From Epiperipatus broadwayi (taxonomy: Eukaryota > Animalia > Onychophora), in assembly GCA_028023455.1 (NCBI GenBank), contig JAQFVV010000007.1:9238001-9302000 (forward strand): a stretch of DNA of 64,000 nucleotides, written 5' to 3'. The notes beneath the pieces were generated by a model. It made no database searches and was not told the origin of the DNA. It saw only the letters and a list, made by a program, of their open reading frames with translations. Position numbers and translations under genes: made by a program. Shown here piece after piece: positions 39,769 through 53,619 of this stretch. The first letter of the stretch is position 1. Every line of letters begins with the position of its first letter.

Positions 39769-39970
39769 AATATTAAATTATCTATGCTCTATATTACTGT
39801 TTTGCAATGCTTATATTACAACCTCCTATGACAGTTTTGATTACCCCAGCAATTTACTTCAGAACTTCTAATTATAAGTTAGGGGGTTGTAATATAAGCA
39901 TTGTAAAACAATAATAAAAAGCATAGATGATTTAACATTATTTTGGCAATGCAATAAGAAAGATAAAGTT
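39769..39970. mobile_element. 202-bp fold-back insert flanked by 18-bp direct repeats
   Basis: 48-bp arms 39780-39827 / 39881-39928 (5 mismatches); ATAAATAATTTCACTTAT at 39751-39768 and 39971-39988. Confidence 0.7.
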
Positions 39971-40299
39971 ATAAATAATTTCACTTATTGTTTGATTTTT
40001 GCATTGTCAGTCATTTTAACCAGAGTTTATTTGTATGTTCACTCATAAAATTTTTAACTTCCTTTCTGCTTCTGTTTGCCAGCACAATATTCTCTTAGAG
40101 TGATTAAGTAAAAAAAAAAGAACATAGGTGCTCACAATCTCATCTTGTACTGCAGCTTAATAATAAATAAAAAACATTGCTGCTTATTGAATCTAATTTC
40201 TTACAAAAATAATTATGTGTATTTTTGATTTTACAAGAGGGATCGTTAATAAAATTTCCAAATTTCTCATAAGATTTTTTTTTAAATTATATTAATTTT

Positions 40300-41330
40300 A
40301 GGCAATTTTGGGTCTTTTCTTTTTTGATGCACTTAATAAAATAAATAGTTTTGTTTTACAGGATGATTGCTTACTTGGTAGTATAGATATTGAAAATAGT
40401 TATCAATCAGTTAATAGATTAAACAGTTTTAACACATTTCATTCTACTTTCGAGAAACATGAATATTTTTCTGAAGATTGCTATTATTATTAGAGGATTC
40501 CGTGTATTTTATGTGTAATAATGTGTTTTATTGTCAAGCATTGTTAGCCGAGAGGTCATAGCAGCCGCGTTGCAAGCAAATAGTTGGTTGCAGACGGTTG
40601 TTGGTTCGCGTCCCAGCCGGTGCTATGACATATAAAAAAAAAATAATAATAATGTGTTTTATAAGATTAGAGAGAGATGGGTTATTAGTTATGCCATTTC
40701 TCCTTTGATATGCTATTGTTTTCTTAGAGTTCTGTTTTTTTAAAATTATTTGTTAGGTATGTTGATGATTGTTTGTTTATTATTCAGAAAGACAAATTGT
40801 AGAATTTTTTTGAAAGATAGAATGCTTTTGATTCTAATATTAATTTTAATATTGAGGGAGCTACTTTTGATTTCAAATTAAAATTTTTAGATTTGTGTTG
40901 ATAAAGTTGATAATATTTTATTTGGTAGCCATTTCTTTAAAAAAAATATTAAAGACTGATAGTTATCAACCGTTTAGTCAAAAAAACTTTTTACTGAATT
41001 TTAATTATAGGAATAAAAGACTTAATAATTTTGAAAGTAATGATTATATTAAAGTAGTCAATTTGTTTCTGAATATGTTGATTTGGCTTGTAATCTTGAA
41101 TTTATTTAATAAAAATGTTTATAGACCTGATATTAATAAAAATTTAATTGTTAGTGATAATAGGAAGTTTATTTCTTTACCATTTAAGTCATTAGTTTAA
41201 AGACTGGTTTATAAGAATAGTCACTTATTGGGTGGTATGAAAGTTGTTTGGAAGAAAGGTCATGATTTAAAAACATTATTAAATAGTTCAAACAGTTTCT
41301 TGATAGTAAATCTATTCATGTTATAGTTTG
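40300..41330 (+). pseudogene. Penelope-like reverse transcriptase remnant, interrupted by a SINE
   Basis: GSIDIENSYQSV (SFDIxSLY-like), FVRYVDDCLFII at ~40749, INFNIE...LKFLDL, KTDSYQPF. Confidence 0.8.
40533..40646 (+). mobile_element. Short tRNA-shaped SINE (TGC-type core), A-tail, 16-bp TSD
   Basis: TSD TAATAATGTGTTTTAT at 40516-40531 and 40647-40662; GTCAAGCATTGTTAGCCGAGAGG...GGTTCGCGTCCC...GCTATGACATAT(A)n. Confidence 0.85.
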
Positions 41331-41394
41331 TAAAATTTCTTAAGTCTTAATGAAAGACTAAAACATTACATATTCACTATTTCTTATACTTATG

Positions 41395-42000
41395 CAAGCT
41401 GTTAAAACAGTAGCAAATCTCTTCCATCAGTAGTACCACTTAGTGCAAACCATAGTAATCAATGGACACTAGAAGATTTGCATATCAAAATCCCTATCTA
41501 TTGCCTATTCATCCAATATCACCAGACAATAGCTTTCATCAATGAGGAGCTTTGGATCTGAGAGCATTGCACCTAGAACTTCAGATCTGATGCATGTCTC
41601 CAGCAGCCACCGTTTACCTTTTTAGTTAACTATAATAAAATCACAATAATGTTTTTAATCCATGCTTCTGGTTTCAGATCTGTATGTCTATAAAAATGAG
41701 TGAACTTGGATTTAAAACATTATTGTGTTTTCACTTTGAAATCATACCTTTATAGTCAACTAAAAAGGTAAAAGGTAGCTGCTTGAGGGTTGCATTCAAT
41801 CTAAAAATCTAAGTCCATTGCTCCCAGATTTAAGACTTCTCACTGATAAAAGCCACAAGTTAGAAACTGGTCTGAGAATATTGAATGAGTATGCACCAGG
41901 TAGGAATTTTGATGCATAAATCTAGCACACATTGATTATTATGGCTTGCACTGGGTCACACTATTGTTTGGAGATATTTGCTACTGTTCTTAATGAAAGA
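41395..42000. mobile_element. Family A: inverted fragment (41395-41660) joined to plus copy with HHR
   Basis: HHR TTCTCA-CTGATAA-A-AGC CACAA GTT-A-GAAA-CTGG-TC-TGAGAA at 41837-41878 (6-bp stem I, G8A). Confidence 0.75.
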
Positions 42001-42399
42001 AATAAAATTCATAAGAGTAGAGTTAAAAATAGGCATAATGATTCAGCTTTGGGTATTCATAAAGTGAATATAGGTCATAAAATATGATCTGACAATACCA
42101 TTATCTTTTATGGGGAAAAATAAATTAAATAGAGTCAATAGAACTCGGATGATGATAAATCCTCTTTATTCTGAGGTTATCAATCTCATGAATATATCTT
42201 TTGATATTAAAGTATGTGCTTTTTAAAGTGAATTATGGGAAGGTTATGAAAAGGTCTATTTTTTAACAGATGAATCCATGGTTGTGACAGAATTTTAGTG
42301 TAAATTTGTTTTTAGCTAGCATTTTAATGTTATATGTTTTCTATATATATATATATCAGTACCAGAGATACTGAGGACATAGACTTGTGGAGTTTGCAG

Positions 42400-44639
42400 G
42401 AAAAAAAAACTTTATATTATGAATTCTTTTTTTGAGAAAAATGTTAAAAGGAAATGGACATGGAAGCATCCAATACAGCAGGATTGGATTATATTTTGAC
42501 TAACAGAAAATACATATTTCAAGATTGTAATGTTCTTAATAAATTTAACACAGGAAGTGAACATCGATTAGTAAGATGTAAGATACATGTTAATGCAAAA
42601 CTAGAGAGACAAAAATTATTAAGAAAAACAATATTTACAGTTGATATTCCTAATCTTCAGAAACATTCTAATGAATTTAAATTAAAACTTATAAATCAGT
42701 TTCAAGTATTAGTAGATTTTGAACATGATTCAGATTTAAATGAAATTAATATGAAAATAACTGATACACTTTTAAAAACTGCAACAAAGACAACTGGTAG
42801 AAAAAAGCAGAAATTGACCAATTTATGAAGAAAAGAAGGAATATGAAGATATACAAAAATGATGCATTAAAAAGGATTAAATATCTCGAATTTTGTAAAA
42901 TTGTATGGAAAAGAGTTGAATATGATATAAGAAAGTATAACTGTGAACTAGCAAGGAAAGCTGTAGAATAAAATAAAAGTCTCAAGAATGTAAAACAACA
43001 TTTTGGTTTTGGTAGGAAATTTATATCTGCAATAAGAAAAAAGATGGAATTATTACTAAAAAGAAAGATGACATCATGAAATGGGTAGAAGACTTTTATA
43101 AAAAATTATATAGTAATAAAGAACAATTATTATATCTTCTGAATCACCCAGAATTTTAAATGAAGAAGTGAGACATGCAATTAAATGTATGAAGAAAGAA
43201 AAGGCTCCAGATAATGATGGAATTATAATTGATATATTAAAAGAAGCAGGTGAAGAAATAGAAATTTTTTTAGCAAAGTTATATACCAAAGGTCTAAAGA
43301 ATAAAGATGTACCAGATGATTGGAAGAATGCAGTATTAATATTAATATTTAAAAAAAAATGATAAAGAAGATATTAGAAATTACAGACCTATCAGCCTTT
43401 TATCAGTTTTATACAAAATTTTTACCAAGATAATTACAACTCGTCTACAGAGAACACTGGATTTCCACCAACCAAAGAGAACAAGCTGGATTTAAAAGTG
43501 GTTTTAGTACAGTAGATCATATCCAGGTATTGAGAGAAGTTATAGAAAGAACAGATGAATATGAGTTGCCATTATGCTTTGGATTTGTAGATTATGAAAA
43601 GGCATTTGATTCTGTAAAAATTTCTTCAGTGATTAAAGTATTGGATCATCAAGGTATAGATCCAGAATATTGTCATATTTTAAAGAATATTTATAAAAAT
43701 GCAACAGCAACAATTGGATTACATAATGATACTAGTAAAGTTAACATTAAAAAGGTTGTAAGACATGGTGACTCAATATCTCCAAAACTTTTTACAGTAG
43801 TGCTGCAAGAAGTATTTTGTGGATTAAAATGGAAAGCTAAAGGAATGAAAGTAAATGGAGATTATTTAAGTCATTTAGATTTTGCAGATGATGTAGTTGT
43901 TTTTTTGTAAATAATGCTTTAGAGCTGCAGGAAATGTTGCAGGACTTATCAGATGAAAGTAAAAAGTAGGACTAAATATAAATGTTAAAAAGACTAAAGT
44001 AATGTTTAATGGATTTTCTCAAAATATGAGAATAAAGATTGATTATGATGAGTTAGAAGAAGTTAACAGTTACAAATACCTTGGTCAGATTATTAATACA
44101 GATGGAAACACAATGGATGGAATTAATCATAGAATTAAACTTAGTTGGTAGAAATAACTTGATACTAAAAGGAAATATGCCTATGTGTTTGAAAAGGTAA
44201 GTTTTTAATAAATGTGTTTTACCAGTTCTTACTTATGGATCTGAGACTTGGACACTTAATAGAAGAGCAATACAGAGACTTTGGAACACTCAAAGAAGTA
44301 TGGAAAAATGCATGTTGGGAGTAACAAGAAGAGAATGCAATATATAGGTAAGAGAACAAACAGGTGTTACTGATCTCATTGAAAAAATTGAAAGACTGAA
44401 GTGGAGTTGGGCTGAACATATTGCTAAAAGAGATGATAATAGATGGACAATTGAAATCTTAAACTGAATTCCCAGAGATTGTAAAAGATCCAGAAACAAA
44501 CCACATGTGAGATGGATGAATGAAATAAAAAGTGTGCAGGGATGATGTTGAGAAGAGAAGCTAAAGATCGGAGAAGATGGATTGAACTTGGAGACCTTCA
44601 TCCTGCAGTGGATTGATAATGGTTGATGATGATGATGAT
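42400..44639 (+). pseudogene. RTE-clade LINE, 5'-truncated ORF2 (end of endonuclease + RT) with (GAT)n tail
   Basis: MNSFF...RKWTWKHP, LDYIL, SEHRLVR (EN); KAPDNDG, NYRPISLL, FVDYEKAFDSV, VRHGDSISPKLF, LDFADDVV (RT); LLTYGSETW, RWTIE; tail 44625-44639; stops and frameshifts. Confidence 0.92.
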
Positions 44640-45313
44640 CAGAGGTGAAGCAAAAGATAGAGATACTAGAAAAGTTTTATTTAGGAATATTTTGTACAAT
44701 TTTAAAAATACAATGGAAATATCATAAGATCCATTATTATGTTTTTTATCTTGCTAAATGCGACATTAAAGAATCAAAGGTTGTAAAATCGATCACATCT
44801 TCATTGGCTTGAATATGTGAAATGAATAAACAAAATAAGACCTCTTAAAAGGATATTTTGTGGTTAACTAGAGCATGGCATTTGTAGGAGAACTGGATCC
44901 TGATTATATTATACAGATTATTGCAAAGAGATTCTAACAAAAAGTGCAGTATATTGTTTTCATTGCGAAGATGTGGTAGAGAATACATTGGAGATCTTTT
45001 ATTAGATATGGTATTAAAATATTTCAAAACGAAAGACTTTTTTTTAAAGGTATTTTATTTATAATAATTATATATAATGATTCTCAATGAACAATTCAAA
45101 GCATACATATTGTATTAAATTCTGTTACAGTTTGTATAGATTGGAGAGGCGTGATCCGGCATGCACTGTTTAGTCAGTTCGTAGTAACGTAATAAATAAA
45201 CGCGAACTGAGGTAGTTTGACATTCATATCCAAAGATTATCCGGGTAAATTTGAGTGTCTAACTAATTTATTATACAGTTTAATGATAATCAGAATCTGA
45301 GTCTTCATTTGGT

Positions 45314-45421
45314 AGGTATGGCATTTTGAATAGTTTCCATGTTTGTTCATGTAAAAACTTTCTGCAGAAGAAGAAAGTTTTTACATGAACAAACATGGAA
45401 ACTATTCAAAATGCCATACCT
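45314..45421. repeat. Perfect 50-bp inverted repeat with 8-nt loop
   Basis: 45314-45363 is the exact reverse complement of 45372-45421; loop GCAGAAGA. Confidence 0.95.
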
Positions 45422-48400
45422 TAGTAAAGCAGTATGTTCTATATGTAGATATATTTGGGGATAATAGATTGATTGGTATAATCATCATAAAATTTATCTC
45501 AACTGTAATACATTTATTTTTAGTTTTTTCTCATAGAGTTGACATGCCCATCATTTCCGATGACGATGATTAAAGTTAGTAGTTAAAGAACTAATTGCGA
45601 TTTAAATATTTAAAAAAATGTTTCCATGATATTCCTATCTATATTAAATTTATAAAACCAATTATCACCAATCCAATTAATAATTAAATATATAAACCAT
45701 ACAGTTTATAAATAATGTCTATATTAAACAGATTATAACATATATACTGAGAGAAAGAGTAAAAAAAGAGATACTTGTATAGTATTTATAAAATATGCGC
45801 AGTAAAATGTGTCCTTGGGTTATTTTAACATCACCAATCCGGTAGCTTAATCTTTTCTTTCCATAGTTCCCAAAGTAAATTACAAGCATGTGTAGTCGTG
45901 TTCTGCCTCTCATTTGATCTTACTTCTCTAATTACTTCTCATGTATTCCTTGACATACACAGACCATATTTTAAAACAGATGGTCAGTCAAGTTGATCTT
46001 TAAAATTCCTCTTTACAAAAATGTAAGAAAATAAAAAGAAATTCAAAAAGCACTCTAATCGTATTCTAAAAGGTTCTCCCTAATCTCTCTGCATCTTTTA
46101 AATAAAAAAGAATACAACAACCCTATTAATCATTTATTCTTCTAGAGATGAGTGAAACAGGAGTTCTGAAGTAACTAGATGAGATTTATTATTGTGTAAA
46201 TAAATACAAATATTTTGTACTTGTCATCAATGACATTAGGGGAAATATTAACTTATTTTAGAATATCGATTGCCTAAAATTATTGCTGGTATTATTTGCT
46301 GAAACGTTCCAACGTTTTACAGCTATTCGCAAACACATACCAAAACATTTTCAGGACTTATAAAAAAATCTATCTTTAAAAGCAAAAACTTTTACAAAGC
46401 AGTAAAGGCGTGTAAAATGTTATTTCTCACAACAAGCAAATGGTAACATTAACATCCTGGATAAATTGAACTAGGCAGAAACAACAATATATAAGCCTCA
46501 AAAGTTTTTTTTTAAAACAAAAATGGAGGCGGAGAATAAAATAACAGCAAAGTAAAGCAATATGTTACCTCACACCTATTACAAATACCTGAAAAATGCA
46601 AATGTTACCTCACACCCTATCACCAATACCTGAAGCATTTTTAATTATAAAAAAATAGTTGGTTAATTATCTAATAAGATTACATGCCTTATTTAAATAA
46701 GAAGCACTTGGCATGCATGCATGCTAATCACTTTAAAACTACATATGACTCTCTCACCAGTCATAACAAGTGATATAGCTTATTCATAGTATCCTATTGC
46801 CTAAATAAATATCTCAATTTACTAGAGTGTTCAATATATGTACCAAAATTATATTTGCTTCTTCCAACTTTCAATTGTGCATCTAGATGACAGGTACCCT
46901 ACTCAAAGACAAACTGAAGTATTTAGGTTACTAAGATAACAATTATTATTAGTGATATCCACTTCATTTATCACTTTTTTATCCATAATCATTACCATAA
47001 TATTTTTTTTTTAAAAAAGTTAATGAAATAAATAATCTGAAGGATTAGAAGTGTTAAGAAGTAAGTAGTAACATTTGATTATTTATGATACTTCATAATC
47101 ATTATCACAACATAAGGATTTTTAAAAATGAAACAAATATTAAGCTCTTTCTTCTTAATACAATCATCAATAAATGTTTCATTTTCCTCTCTATTTTTTT
47201 TAGCCTAAACCATTCTTACATTACAAAGTATGCTTTTCTATCTAATCTTAATAAATAATCAAATGGGTTACTACTTAAGAATTCATATGAGATACATTTA
47301 CCAGAAATATCAAGGCTAAATTTTGACTTCCAGTCTGCTATTCTACCACATCAAACCCATTAGAGTTCAATAATTCAACTATAATCACACTAATTTCTAG
47401 TGTTCTGGTATTTTCTTTCATTTTAATAAATTCTTTCCAACTTTTTTCTTCATTACTAAAAGCCCCATGTTATAGTAGTTATTGTATTCACTTAATAATG
47501 GGTTACATATACATTGGAAATTTGTTCAGATCATGTCCAGACTTGGGATTTTTTTTTTAAACATCCGACAAATAACCAACTCAACCTACCACCTAACACT
47601 GATTAATAAAAAGGTATTTAGGTTTAGCCAGATAACATATAAATACAATTGTAAATAAGCATTTATTTTATATAGCGCATGTTTATAAATTGTAATGCAT
47701 TAAAGATCAGCCTGATTAACACTTGTAAAAAGCGCATGCACAATAGCTTGACAGGCTGATGTTTAATGTATTATAAAAATACAATTGTAACATATGATGT
47801 TTTTAACTGCTGGTAAAAGATAAATCATACCATGGGATGACAGTTTATCTTTGATGTCTAATCTCTTGTATTATCATCTACTTAAATTGGAAAGATGTAA
47901 ACAACTTTCTTCTATAACATAAATCACAGTAATATTTTTTCCATTATTTTCATTTACCAATCGCTTATATTTGAATATCACTTATATTTTCAATTTTTTC
48001 CCAGCTGAACTGTTTTATTAGCTATATGTAAAATAAAACATATCATTTCTTTGTAAACATTCTAGATTCCACTTCTTTTTCTAATTATTCTTTAATAAAT
48101 TTATTTCATGTGACTGTTAAGCCTTTGTTGTTTTAAAATAAATTTATTAAACATAGTAATAAGTTTTAAATTGCACTTTACGTAATTACATAGCATTCAG
48201 TATGAAACTTGTTATGGCCTTTTATACCCTATTACTCTCTATAAATTTCATATTTTTCGATCTTTTTATTATTTTATTTATAATTTCCTTAATGACCAAA
48301 AGCTTCTATTTTTTTTATCATTTTATATCCTACTGTCTTTATTATATTTTGTTACTATTTATCTTTTTATTTAAGTTTTCTATGACATACTCTCTCAATT

Positions 48401-48739
48401 TAACAATGGCCACTTACTTCTTGTCTTCCCTCTTTTTATTCTATTGAAAAATAGTCTCAATTCAATTAGTAATATTAAACTGCACTATGAATCTATATAT
48501 CATTTCCAGAAGGTGTGGCACTATTAATATGATGATTGATCTATTTTGAATTTTCAATTATTTTCATGATTTTTTTTTACCATATGCTTATTAGTAGCAA
48601 GCTATTTTCTTTACATACATTTATACATTTTTCATGTTTATCTTTTCTTGCCCTTAACACATAATCTTTTATAAATTTATCAACCCTTGTCTATCCCTTT
48701 AAAGAACTTTAATTTCCCAAAATTTTTAAAATCGTCATC

Positions 48740-51700
48740 ATTTTTGACTGAGAACCGCAGCATAATAGTATGCTGCAAGAGATTCCAGGTGTGTCATGAA
48801 AGATTTTTAAAATACAGGTAAATAATGTGCAAAGACACCAGAGACCATTCGACTATGAGTAACCCTGTAATAGTTTTGGGAAATAAAGATATGAGAACAT
48901 TCACAAAGTTCAAACTTGTTCTGGAACAATACCATGTCGAGTGTGTATATAACGTCAATGGACAGGATAGGACAGTAATCATCTCTGTAAAATGCATACT
49001 GTGATTTTTAAAAAATGAATAATTTGTTATATAAATAGTGATAGTGATTAATTAGAAATTGGGTAGTTTAAAACAGTTGTAATTGTAAATACAGTGTAAA
49101 ATACTGTAAATATAAATTAACCACGTTACACACTGAATAGCAGTTCTGCTACAATGTATTACATTTCTTCATTAATAAAGTTAAATCAGGATTGTAAGTA
49201 AATTGTTTAGTAGTTCTAGTAGTTTTTAGCTTATGATTTATTTATAATTTATATAAATTATTTTATGTTAATTTTAATGGATTTTTAGTGAAGAGAAAAT
49301 ATTTCAAACGTGGACAAATTTTTATTGAGACCTCAGAAAAATGAGAAAGAGAGTCATAGCAAAAAAGACGAAAAAAAGACCACCTCATCAAAATGAAAAT
49401 ATACTGAAAATTGCATCCAATATGGTTTTATATTATCAGAAAAAGACGACTCAGTTCCTTTTTGTATGCTTTGTTTAACAACATTCTCAAATAAGGCAAT
49501 GGCTTCCAATAAACTTCAACATCATTTAATAACAAATCATCTGCAACATAAGAACAATCTAAATGAATACTTTGAGATACTAAAAAATAATTTAAAAATT
49601 CAATCAAAAGGTGGAAGAAATTTTACTTGATTGCTGAGAAAGCTCAAATTGCTAGTTACAAGATGGACCAGCTTTTAGCAAAGATGAAAAAATGCATTCT
49701 GATACTGAAAACACTATTTTGTCAGCCTTGGAGATCACCATTGACATAATAATTAGTTATGAAGCTGACAAACCAATTAAGACCATTCCTTTGTCAGCCC
49801 ACACAACATTAATGATGAGTTCCATCAACATTTCACTGAAGCAAAAAAATGAACTCAAAAACTTGTGGGCCCTACAAATCAATAAAAGTATAGACATTAG
49901 CAACAAAACTCAACTAATTTCATTTCAGAGAATCATTAGAGGTGATATAATCATAAGTTAGTTTTTCTTTTGTGGCAAATTGAAGGAAAGAATGACAGAA
50001 AAAGATATCTTTAACCTGGTAACCAAAATGTCATGTTGAGAGGGATGCAGTGGTATACTTGTATTAGCATTTGCATTGATGGTAATCCATCCATGCAGGG
50101 TCCAAAAAAGGCTTTGCAGCTCATGTATTACAAAAAAAAATTCACAAATTAAAATTGTACATTGCATGATTCACTGCAAAGTTTTGATGTCAAAATCTCT
50201 ACCTGATGCTCTCCTGAAAATGATGGTCAATGTTGTCAAAGTAGTGAATTACATAAAATCACATTCCCTACATTGCAGACTTTTTGCATCCCTATATAAA
50301 ACTATGGATTCTGATTTTAAATGTTTACTGCTTCATACAGAATTGTGATGACTCTCTAAAGAAAAAGTGCTTGCATGATTTATTTCTTTACGAACTAAAA
50401 TAATGTTTTTTCAATGCTGAAAATTCAGGATTTGAATTTCTTAACAATGATAATAGGTGGCTGGAAATAGCATTTCTCAATGACTTTTTTGAAAAGTTGA
50501 ACATTTTAAATTTGAGTCTGCAAGGAGTGAAGGAAAATATCATTACAATTACAGGAAAATTAAAATATTTCACCAACAAGTTAGAACTGTGGACCAGGAA
50601 AGTTAAAAACTCACAGGCTGATTGCTTCTCAGGTGTAGAGTCTTTTCCATACAAATTTAAAATTTTGTTAGAAGTGCAGAAGACAGTAGAAAACCTCTCT
50701 GCTTCATTTTCTAAGTATTTTCAATCACTTTCTTACCAAATGTACCAATAGGTCTTCAATCCTTTCACAATACACTTGGGTCTTTTTTTATGTGGACTTA
50801 TTTAACACGATTTTGAAGTTACGTGATTCGTGTTTCACCGGAAGTTGAATTCGATTGCGCTATTACTTTAAATAATAAATTTCGCACACTTACGTTATAT
50901 TGGAAGTAATAGCACATTATTGAAATTTGACTTTCAACTTAGTAATTTCAATATTTTCAATGCTTTATAATAGTAAGATTTTATGCAATAATGAAATTAA
51001 AATCATGATTTCCACATTAACACATTAAATTTTACAAGATTATAATGTAAATTTGTTCAAACATTGTGCGTGTTAATTTTGCATTTTAAATCACATTCTG
51101 TTTTTGCTTTTTAAAAAAGAACGTAATTTTATTTTTAAAAGGTGAGTAATAGCAGTGGGCACAATTAAAATTAAAAATTAAAGACAAAAATAAGAATTTA
51201 ATTTTTAGTTGTTAGATTAATTACTAATTACATTGTCACTAGAAAACCATTAATTAACATAACATGAGATTGACGTTGGCGTTAGTTGTATTTCATCTTG
51301 TGAAGAATCTGATTTTTTTATCAATTTGCAAATGAACCTGTTTACTGGCAAATAGCAATAATAATTAAAATGTGTATAAAAAATATAAATTACTGTAAAT
51401 TATGCATAAAAATATATTGTTTTGAATAAAATTAAATATTATAGTTAAAAAAAGTTTGTCTTGTATCAATTTTTTTCAAATTTGAAATTTTTTATTAGTC
51501 ATATTTTATTTCCTTATTTTTTTTGCACAAATCTTAAAGTAATTTTACATTGGTGCTTTGCTTTTACACGATTTTTGAAAAATCATAGTCCATATTCCCC
51601 CTTTTTCAAGGTAAGTTACGTCTATTTTTGCACGATTTCGTTTGCGCATGTTTTCTTAGGAACCTATCTATCGCATAAAATGAGACCCAGGTGTATATGA

Positions 51701-52160
51701 CAGTGCACACCTTCCATTAATATTATCAGAAGAAAATTTAATAGACTTGAAAAATGATCCTGTGCACAGATTTACTTTCTGTGATAGAATTGTCAAAAAT
51801 TTTAAATTCCACTTTGGAGCCAATATCCTCAATTAGCTACTGCAGCTGTTAAATCTTTGTTGACCTTTGGATCATCATATCTTTGCTAAATAGGTTTCTC
51901 AGCACTGGTAGATGAGAAGATATATGTTTGTTTATCTAATTTAGAACTGCGTTTTAACAAACTTTCTCAAAAACAATTGCATCCTTCTCAATAATAACAT
52001 TATTATTGTATTATATTACCTATATATACATATATATTATATGTTCATAAAAGAATCTTATTTTATTTTTAATATAATAAGAATTTATTTATTTTTATTC
52101 ATACTAATAAAGTATATTTAATTTGGTTGAGATTTTTATTTAGTGTGCCACAAAATAAAT
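48740..52160 (+). pseudogene. hAT (Buster/Charlie-type) transposon with decayed transposase
   Basis: BED finger CMLC...KLQHHLITNH (~49465); ICIDGNPSM; VHCMIH; LLLHTE; LNLSLQG; NPF; after the nested MITE, YPQLATAAVKSLLTFGSSYLC*IGFSAL (dimerisation domain); subterminal GTGTG(T/C)CA motifs near both ends. Confidence 0.88.
50773..51693. mobile_element. Non-autonomous Tc1/mariner-pogo-like element (~920 bp) with TA TSD, nested in the hAT ORF
   Basis: TA|CACTTGGGTCTTTTTTTATGTG at left; right end reverse complement TA|CACCTGGGTCTCATTTTATGCG; hAT protein motifs stop before and resume after. Confidence 0.75.
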
Positions 52161-52169
52161 TCTCCTTGA

Positions 52170-53130
52170 CCAGTGAAGATCTCGTCAAGTTTAATCCAGT
52201 TTCTTCAAATCATTGGTTCTTCCACATCATCTTTATCTATCCATCCCATCTAAAAGTCTCTTTCTCGATCATCTTGTACATTTTTTATCATCTCTTCTAG
52301 TAGCATTCCCAACCAACTCATTTCAGCGATTTCTTATAAATATCAATGGTAGCAGTGTGTTTCTCTCATGCAAATATTTCACTTTTGAGTTCTCCTTGTT
52401 ATTCTCATCATGAGGCCTGAAGATCATTTATTGCTACATGCTAAGTGTCACCATTTCAGACCCATAAGTAATGAAAATAATAAAAATCTCCACTTTCAAA
52501 CAATAAACATATTCCCTTTTAACATTAAGTTAGTTAGTTATATTAAAAGTGCTATATTCAACCTTAATTCTATGATTAATTTCATCTATTGGTTTTCATT
52601 CAAATAAATAATCTGACTGAGATATTTGTATTTGTTAACTTCTTTTGATTCATAATTATTAAGCTTTTTCTTTTCTTATGTGAAAATTATTGAACATTGT
52701 TTTAATGTTTTTAATATTTATCTGATAACTCATAATATTTTCTAAAGCTCTGAATCCATTATTTGGTTGATCAATCACATTAGCAATAAAATCTAAATGA
52801 CTTAAATAATCTGTATTTATTTTTACTTTCCCAATTTCCATTTTAATTCTCCAAATGCTTCTTACAAAACTGTGGAAAAAGTTTTGGAAATATATAATGC
52901 TAATTATATGCCTTCATCAATGTTAAATCTTCTTGATATCAACAAATCTCATCAGTGCTATTGCATTTTAATATCTTTTTTTTAATGTGTCAATATTTAG
53001 AGTCTATATCTTCATAGTCCAATCACTGTTGAAATGCTTAGAGTCAAATCTATCTCATCCTTTTGGTTGGTTTAAGTCCAATGTTTTTTTGTAGATGAGT
53101 TGTAATGATGCTAACAAAGGTTTTGTATAA
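52170..53130 (-). pseudogene. RTE LINE fragment, same family as 42400-44639
   Basis: Reverse complement matches the 43600-44600 region (YLSHLDF; KRSRKR; W-rich C-terminus). Confidence 0.75.
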
Positions 53131-53239
53131 AATAGATAGATCTATAATTTCTAATATTTTCTTTGTTATCTTGCTTATATGTCAATATTGCTTAATAATG
53201 GTCAAACATAAATTTGTCCATAATGTTGTTTTCAATAAT

Positions 53240-53313
53240 TAATAATAGTTCAACACAATTGAAATAAAACAATTATATAGTTGTTTTATTTCAATTGTGT
53301 TGAACTATTATTA
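53240..53313. repeat. Perfect 33-bp inverted repeat with 8-nt spacer
   Basis: 53240-53272 is the exact reverse complement of 53281-53313. Confidence 0.93.
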
Positions 53314-53619
53314 TGTCAATATTGGTAGCACATTCTTCCAATAATCTGATACATTTTTATCATTTAGACATTTAGCATATTGCTTTGTCAAAAATAGGCT
53401 TCTCATTTCATATACATTTTCTATTCCTCATAATTTAACCTTTTCAATTAAAAATACTGAACGATTCAAAAGATATCACTGAAGAAGTCAATTTGCTTTC
53501 TTCTTTTCTAATATTACATAATATTATAGAAATCATATTTCATTATACTTAATAAAAATAATATCTTTTTTTCTTATTAACTTCTTTTTAATACCAACAT
53601 ATTATATTATAATATTTCT

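Noticed and set aside
46562-46634. Two ~40-nt tandem units (ATGTTACCTCACACC)
   Set aside because: Real, but only a simple local duplication with no further structure.
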